A stretch of DNA of 64,000 nt from the human T2T-CHM13v2.0 reference genome, Homo sapiens: NCBI RefSeq assembly GCF_009914755.1, contig NC_060925.1; one strand, given 5' to 3'. The position numbers and the translations under genes were made by a program. Each line of letters starts with the position of its first letter. Within the stretch, counting starts at the first letter, position 1. The notes beneath the pieces are model-generated. The model ran no database searches and was not told where the DNA came from. It saw only the letters and a program-made list of their open reading frames with translations. This document shows, one piece after another, positions 56,652-64,000 of this stretch.

Positions 56652-59600
56652 GTATTTATGGGTGTAGAGTTGCTTCATTTCCTGTTCACACTCTTGTGTT
56701 TCCTTTGTTCTTAGCGTGTTCCGTGTTCGGGTATTTTGGTTGCTTGTTTGATTACTGTGGCTTTTCTTTACCTACAACCCAAGCCTGACGTCCCTCGGTT
56801 TTAAATAGCAGGGAGAGGGGAATCAATGTTTGATTCAGGTGTTTCGAAGACCACGCCACAGGCGATGAGCAGAACTCTTCATGTTGAAACGGTTCTGCTA
56901 CAGTACTAGATTGCTCTCAGGCGATTTGGGGTTGATACAGGCAAGCCGGTGCAAAACTGGAATACTGGATATGAAGTGAAATGTATAAAAGACATAAAAT
57001 GTCACAAAATAGTTTGATCACAAGTGTTGATTTTCCTGGTGAGTTGGGGCTGCGTGTTTCCATGTTTTCTGAAGGTTCACATAAACATGCAGCCTGCCAA
57101 TTCTCTGTACATTTTTTTTTTCAATGAGTGGTATTTCGGTTTTCACGTTTAGTTGTAAGACAGAAATTGGAGACTTATATGTAGCTGGAGTGGATGACTT
57201 CTTTCTTTTGGGGGAAGAATGAGAGATGCACATTTCGTTAGTAAATTGTGAACAACTTGAAACAAACCCAAATCCAATTTTGAATTTAAGAAGTAGAGTT
57301 AAAATGAAAGGTAGCCATTCAAATACTATGCCTTGCTGCCTTCACTTATTAAGTTAGGATTTTCTTCCTTTTAGCCCTTTAGGGATACAGTAGTTTAAAA
57401 GAGCAGTAGCCACATATGAAAGGATCAGATTTAGCTTAGAGGGAATTCCTTAGACCAGCCCTGCTGTTAAGACTTGACATTCAATATTGTTTGATCACAT
57501 TCCAAAATATAGCTTAGCTAATGGCAACATTTGTAAACATATAAATTGCAAAAGAAGCTTTCTTGTGTACATACATTTTTAAAAGCTTGAAATTGATGTG
57601 AACTTTTAAAAACACGTAGGATCTGTATTACATTCTACATCTCAAAACAAATTTAATTAAAGTGAATATCATTCCAGTATATACAATATGCCTAAGACCC
57701 AGAATTGGCACATTGATTTACTAGTTGAAAATATAACAGTATTCACCAAACTTCAATGTATACTTTTTGGAGAGAATGAAATTACAGTATTTCTTAATTT
57801 ACTGTAATGTCATCTTTGTAATTATGAATTAACAATTCAATGAGAGGAGACTTGGTTGATTAAATTAATGCTGGTCCTACACATTATATCTAAAGGATCT
57901 TCGTATATGACTACTATCCTCTTGGATTATTTTAACAGTTAAAATATACAAAGTGGCCCATTAAAAACAGAGTTGACTTTTCACCATTGCTGTTTTTCTG
58001 GTGAGACATGTGGAAAGGAAGGACAGGTGGACTTTTCAACTAACTAGCTCTCTGATTTTTAATAAGATACCTCAGTTCTTTTGGCCTCAGTTTACTTCTG
58101 TACAAAGGGTAAGTCATATGCTTAATCACTAAGGTCTGTTAGATACTGCAGTTAAGATTCTTTATCAGCAAATTACTGAACTCTATTGTTAACATAGCTA
58201 GAGGTGGAAAAGGGAGCAAGACCAGGTGTTGGGATGAATAATTAACTAATCGAGATAACATCAGTTTTCACCATAGGAACAAGTACCATGGTTGCTCTTA
58301 AAGTAAGAGATGTTTCCTATTTTATGTAATTTTACTAAGGGATAGTGTTTTCTTTTGTCACTGACTTAAATGTACCTGGATGTTTCTCAGCCATTTGGCT
58401 AAGATCGAACACAAGTAATACCTGGGCCTTTTATATCTAATCTAATGTAGACCAGCCTGTTAAAAGAGAAAGACAATTGGTTAAACTGCTGATGTGTTGC
58501 TTTGTCTTCTCAAAAGCTTGTTCTATAATACAATATGTAAAAAGTTGTTACAGTGTAGTAACTGTAGATAATCCCTTTATGATTTGTACCTAATGGCGAA
58601 GACCTTTTATTTTCTGAAAATAACGTGTTTGTTTTCATTACCAACATTAGAAGCCAATATTTATTAATCTATTTCTCATCCTGACATTTCAGTCAGACTC
58701 TTAAAATAATCTTGCTGTGTTTTGATTTAATGTGCTTATCAACTTAGAATATTGAATTAATGTTAATAGTGTCATTTTAGGTGAACTAGACTTCATTGAA
58801 GGAGGTGGGAGCCTTATGGAGAGAGAGTATATGATTATCTCTATTTGTATTTAATTACCATTTCATCTAACCATTCAGAACATATTTCAAGAATAATTTT
58901 AATTCAAGTTGTAGGTAAAACTTACTATACCATTTTCATTTTGACGCTTTCCAAGAATGAGATACACGGTATTTTAAAGACAAAGATTGATCTTACATGT
59001 TACTATTAAAAAAAACACGATAATTTTGTTCTACATTTATACTTTTAATTTTTCTGTGGATAATAAGAAATGCCAAGAGTCGATTGTGTCCATGCTGGCA
59101 AGTGGCCTAATAAATTGTCCTTTTATTTGGTGGTCCTCAGAGTGGCAGTTAACATCTTGCTATTCTGCCTTGTGGACTTGAGGTGGAAAGGTTCATGGCA
59201 TTATATCCTTGCTTTTGGATGTGCAAACTGAGGCTCAGAGAGTTTAAGACACATAGTCACTTTCACCAATTAAATGATGAAGCTGCCATGTAAACGTATT
59301 TCATCACACTCCCGAGACCTTCTTCTCCAGTAGTGTTTTCAAGCTTTTTGAGCATGCAGACACTACCATCAAAAAATTATGTAGAGACATACTTGAGAGT
59401 TACAGTTTAAAGAAAAACAAGGTGTAATTATTTGGTTATTAGTAGCATTTACATATGCTTGAAAACTTCTGCTATATATACAGTAAGATTAATTTATTCT
59501 AACAATGATCTTGATAATCCCCCTGATTCCCAGACTCCTTGGAATAGCTCCACAGCTATCAGTGGTTCTGCCACAGGTTCAGAGCCTTCCCAGTACTGCC

Positions 59601-62600
59601 TTCTTATTTGAGAGGTGTGCTAAGAGCTATAAAGCAGAGGCTTCAATTGTACACAATTTGGAAGTTTAGGCAAAAGTCATTTCTTCCCTATATTTTGTCA
59701 TGCTTATCTCCTGTCTCTTTCTGTTTTACAGATTAGCAATAAACTCCTTAAAACCCAAAGGTTTGGGCTTCTGTTCCTTTCACTTGCAGTCAGACATGGA
59801 GTTAGTGGTAGAAGAAACAGAAGGGGTAACCTGCATGGTGACAGCTACTGAGGGGATGGATAGGAAAGCAGGCTGAGTCCCTGGGGCCAGTGGTTACCAA
59901 AGCCAAGGAGAGAGCAAGGGGAGCCCAGTGGGCCTGGCCATGGACTGCTCTGGAATTCCGAGTGTGAACTTTCAGCCAAGAAGGTAGTGTGAAAATATTA
60001 CTGTGAGGTTTTAAAAGTACACAAATAACAATTGTTTTTTGTAAAAAGAAAAAAAAAAAGTTAGAAAAAGAGATATGCCAAAAAGAAGAAAGTAAAAAAT
60101 ACATGACTTCTGTCTTCTGTTAACATATTAAAATTTATTCTTTTAGATTTTTATGTGTCTATATACATGTAAAATATATATGCATCCCCAAATTGTATTA
60201 TACTCTTTTGAGACCTCACATTTTTTTTCACCCAAGAATATAACATTAATTTCTTTCCTTTAGAAAAGACATGAGACTAAAGAATGTTTATTGAGTTGAG
60301 AGTTTCCCAGTCAAGGAGTATGACTCTGTATAATAATAAATCTAATGTTTTATTTGAAATTATAATAAAATTAGAAATTTAATATTTGGCAGGATGTGAG
60401 TTGCCTGCATATGTACACCCTTTATTATATGACTAGACACTCTTTTGTGTGGTCATGGATATATTGGCATCTTTTGAAGTGTATCCTTTTTGTTTCAGGA
60501 GCTTCTGTCTAGATGAATAGCAAGTGTGACACTGATAATAGTAATCGAATATTCCTCCAAGTACAGGCTCCTTCCTCTTTCTCCTGGACCTTTGCACATG
60601 CTGCCTGGAAAACTCACCCACAACCTACTTTCCATCCTCTCCTTCGGCTCATCCCTGCTCAGCCCTCTTTGTTGAGATATTTGCCAAGCCAGATTCTCTG
60701 AGAAGCATTTCCTGGCATCTTCGTCTATATAATTCTGCTAGTTGTTTCTAAAACTATGTTGTTAGTGTGTATTGTAATCACCTATTTATGTCTGTTTGAC
60801 TGTGAGCCTCTTGGAGATGGGAATTCTCTCCTATGCATTGCGGTTTCCCCAGCCCCTAGCACACTGTCTAGCCCAGTATTCCTTCTCAGTAAGTAGGTGT
60901 TGAATGACTTACAAAATGAATGCTAAAAGACCTGGTAGACAAGAAGGAATTTCTTAGCCTAAATGACCAGATGTGGAGAAGATACTCAAACACTTCAGGG
61001 TCCCCAATCTGGTGATGTCACTTGCAGTGGAATTTCATATGAATCCAGTGTGACAGAAGTTGCCTAGTCAAGTTGTAAGTCCCCTTCTCTGGGTCACATG
61101 TTCAAATACTTTTAGGGGACAGATAATGCAATATTTAAGATACAGGAAGTGATGAGGACTGTGGCACACTGGAGAGTTTGGACTCCAAGAGTAATTAATT
61201 CAGTTGAAAAAATCAACAGCACTCTGTTGATCAAGCAAACTTTCTAGGGGCCCTAATCCACCTGGGCCTGCAGTATGTAATTCCATAACTCATGGGATGC
61301 CATCAAGAGAGACAATCTACTTGATTGCTAAAGGGCCTTTGTTTTCTTTGGAGTTCCCCAGGAAGGAGAAATGTATGTGTGTGCAGGGGTGAGGAGGGGG
61401 GAGAGTGAAGAAACAATACTATCCCCTTAAAAAGGTTTGTCAGTTTTCATTATGAAAGAAGATCAAACGTGCCCACTCCAGAAATCTTGGCATATGCAGT
61501 TATTTTGAAGCCATTCAGCGTTCTTCAAGATGTCACAATGAAACGAGTGATGATTTTTTAAATAAAAAATTAAATTAACATGTTTCTCTTGGCAATGGGA
61601 CTTTCTCACCATACTTTTAAGTTACATCACTTATTATGTATTCAAAATACTGATTTTTTAAAAGTATGTTCCTTGGAGCCCTGGGAACCTGCCTCAGGAG
61701 CTGGGGTGGCTGTGGGGAGGGAGTATGAAGGGAGCTGAATGAGTTAGTGAGAATCTGGGTCTTCATATCTTTTTTAAAATTGTGGCTGCTTTTTTCTGTT
61801 CTGTATAACAACTCTTTTTGAAAAGTTTCATTGTTGAGTTTTAAAACCACTGAACTAAAATAACCACCAATTTAACGTAAGTATAACTTCATTGAGTTTT
61901 TTTGTATTAAAAAAATTAAACTCCATTTTCTTCATGGATTAAGGTGATCCTACTAGGATATTTATTAAGCATTGTCTCTGCTGTTCTTTTTGCTTGCCTT
62001 GCTTTATCCCGTGTTTCCAAAAAATACAAATAGGTATTTTGTCAGCTATTTTACATTTTATAGCAGGGAAAACAGAGGCTTGGGTGATTTAAGTAAGTTA
62101 CAGTTAGTAAGAGCCATAGGATACATTTCGGTGTAAGTCAATGTTTATGTAAGGCTTAAGGGACATTGGTTGAATTGGCATGACTAGAATAGTTGGGAAT
62201 GTTTGGGAATGGGGAGAGATTGCTAATGGGATGTCTGCCAGGGGCAATACTGAAAATCTGCTGGTTGGTAAAGGTAGTGCCTGAGCCCAGTGCTAACCAT
62301 AGTAGTTGGAAAATTGTGTACGTTGGCTGTGGAATCCTTATGCGAATATTTGTCCAATCCATCTAAATTTCTCTCTGCAGCATTTTTAAAAAGACATATA
62401 GCTGAAATTTTGTCAGTCCTAAAAATATTTTGTATTTCTCTGCCCAGATTTGCATTTGGGTAGATCGTGCTGTAGAAGATATATCTTGCTTTAAGATAGC
62501 TGCCACTGATTAGTTTATTTTAGTCTATTTTAATCAACTTATTGCCTTGTAATCTTTCCTTTTTCATTCTCTAAATTTCTGAAATTCTATCTTTCATGTT

Positions 62601-63815
62601 CCCCAGGAAAGACTAGTAAGACGTGTTTTTATTAATAAGACATTATCCTCATTTCACCATGACATAATTTGGGCTTTCTGTTCCAAGTTATCCTACTTGA
62701 ATGCTGGACACTTCCACCTGAATATTTGTCATTTTCACCTCAACCCAGCACATCAAAACAATCCCTTATTACCTCTTTAAAAGAAGCTTCTCTCTCCAGC
62801 CTTTTCCTAGTCAGTATCACATCTTTTGAGCCAGGCATGGGGATTGCAGTTTCAGATTTCACCTCAAGTCTTCCTCTTCTGGTTCCTGAAGCTCCGGCAA
62901 CCTCTGCTTTGAAACATTGTTGGCCTCTTCATCCCATCCCATGTCAATATTTAGCCCATGCCCTGTTGGCTTTGACTTAGCTCAATCACCTTAACCCAGT
63001 GTCTTAAAATTCTTGATTTTGAGTTTCTTATCCATCCAGTTTATTTACACATGAACTCTTTAAGCATGAAATTAATCATTCTTCTGTTCAGAAGCCTTCG
63101 AATGTGACCACAGCTTTTTCCATATAGACCTAAAACTTATATTCTTGGCCTTTGAGAGCTGCCTTCCCTACCCACTGATATATGTTTCTCGTGCTTCCTA
63201 ACACCTACATGCTTCTGTTTGCTTAGTGACCACCCCCCACCCACTCATCAGCAGTTTGCATTAATTTAGTGTAAAGCTGTGTAAAGTTTATTGATTGATA
63301 ACATCTGTGTCAAGATCATGGTTTTTTATTATAAAGAGCAGTTCATTGTGTTTTTTCCTTGCCCACGAATGGTATCTCTGTTCATTAGAATACATAATAT
63401 TTTATGCATAGGAGGATAGAGTGAGAATATGAGTAGAACAAAGTAAGAATGAGAGGAGAGGATAGTGAAATTTGAGGATAGGATGAGAATGTAAATAGAT
63501 TTATGTCCATCCATTACAAGATTAATAACCACAACGATAAAAGTCTTGAATGTTATTTATTTGCATATGAGTGATATTTCAGTTTGTGGCTGATACCCTT
63601 TTGGTATTAAATGGAAGATGACAAATCATCCAATATTAATTTTAGAGGGAGACATCTATTGAAATCTTTGTGCAGTCAGGTCAAGTTTCTGTGTACAAAA
63701 ATTAGCAGAGAGGTTGCTGCTGGTTGACTTCCCCTAGGATGGTGTCTTTCTGAACATTTTGAAATGTAGATTGAAAAGGTGGATTTGTCAACTAACTCTG
63801 AAGTGCTGTAGTTAG

Positions 63816-64000
<185 letters not shown>

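Overview
Human (or great-ape) chromosome 1q21/1p11-type segmental-duplication mosaic, repeat-rich and gene-poor. Left to right on the + strand: (1) the last four coding exons and 3'UTR of an NBPF gene (Olduvai/DUF1220 HLS3 domain, polybasic linker, terminal CON3 domain; polyA signal ~4510); (2) a degenerate tRNA-Asn(GTT) on the - strand next to a CpG island; (3) ~25 kb of Alu/L1/Tigger2/MaLR/ERVL repeats, including an apparent deletion scar at ~11.5 kb; (4) an intact cyclophilin-A retrogene (PPIAL4 family, 164 aa) with a TSD, nested inside an old L1; (5) a MER4-group ERV1 provirus whose 3'LTR is cut at a probable duplicon junction (~53.3-53.9 kb); (6) a duplicated 5' end of PARP8 (CpG island plus two coding exons with intact frame and splice sites), the kind of segment annotated as the LINC00869/LINC00623/LINC01138 lncRNA family. 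Order and spacing best fit NBPF19-PPIAL4C-LINC00869. That assignment is from memory of the reference and needs a BLAT check because the paralogs are near-identical. Most of the content is known biology. The most testable new ideas are a TRIMCyp-like in-frame splice route from NBPF Olduvai exons into the cyclophilin retrogene, a PARP8-N-terminal microprotein inside a nominal lncRNA, the frameshifted-duplication origin of the NBPF polybasic linker, and a perfect 24-bp hairpin downstream of NBPF. None of these can be proven from sequence alone.
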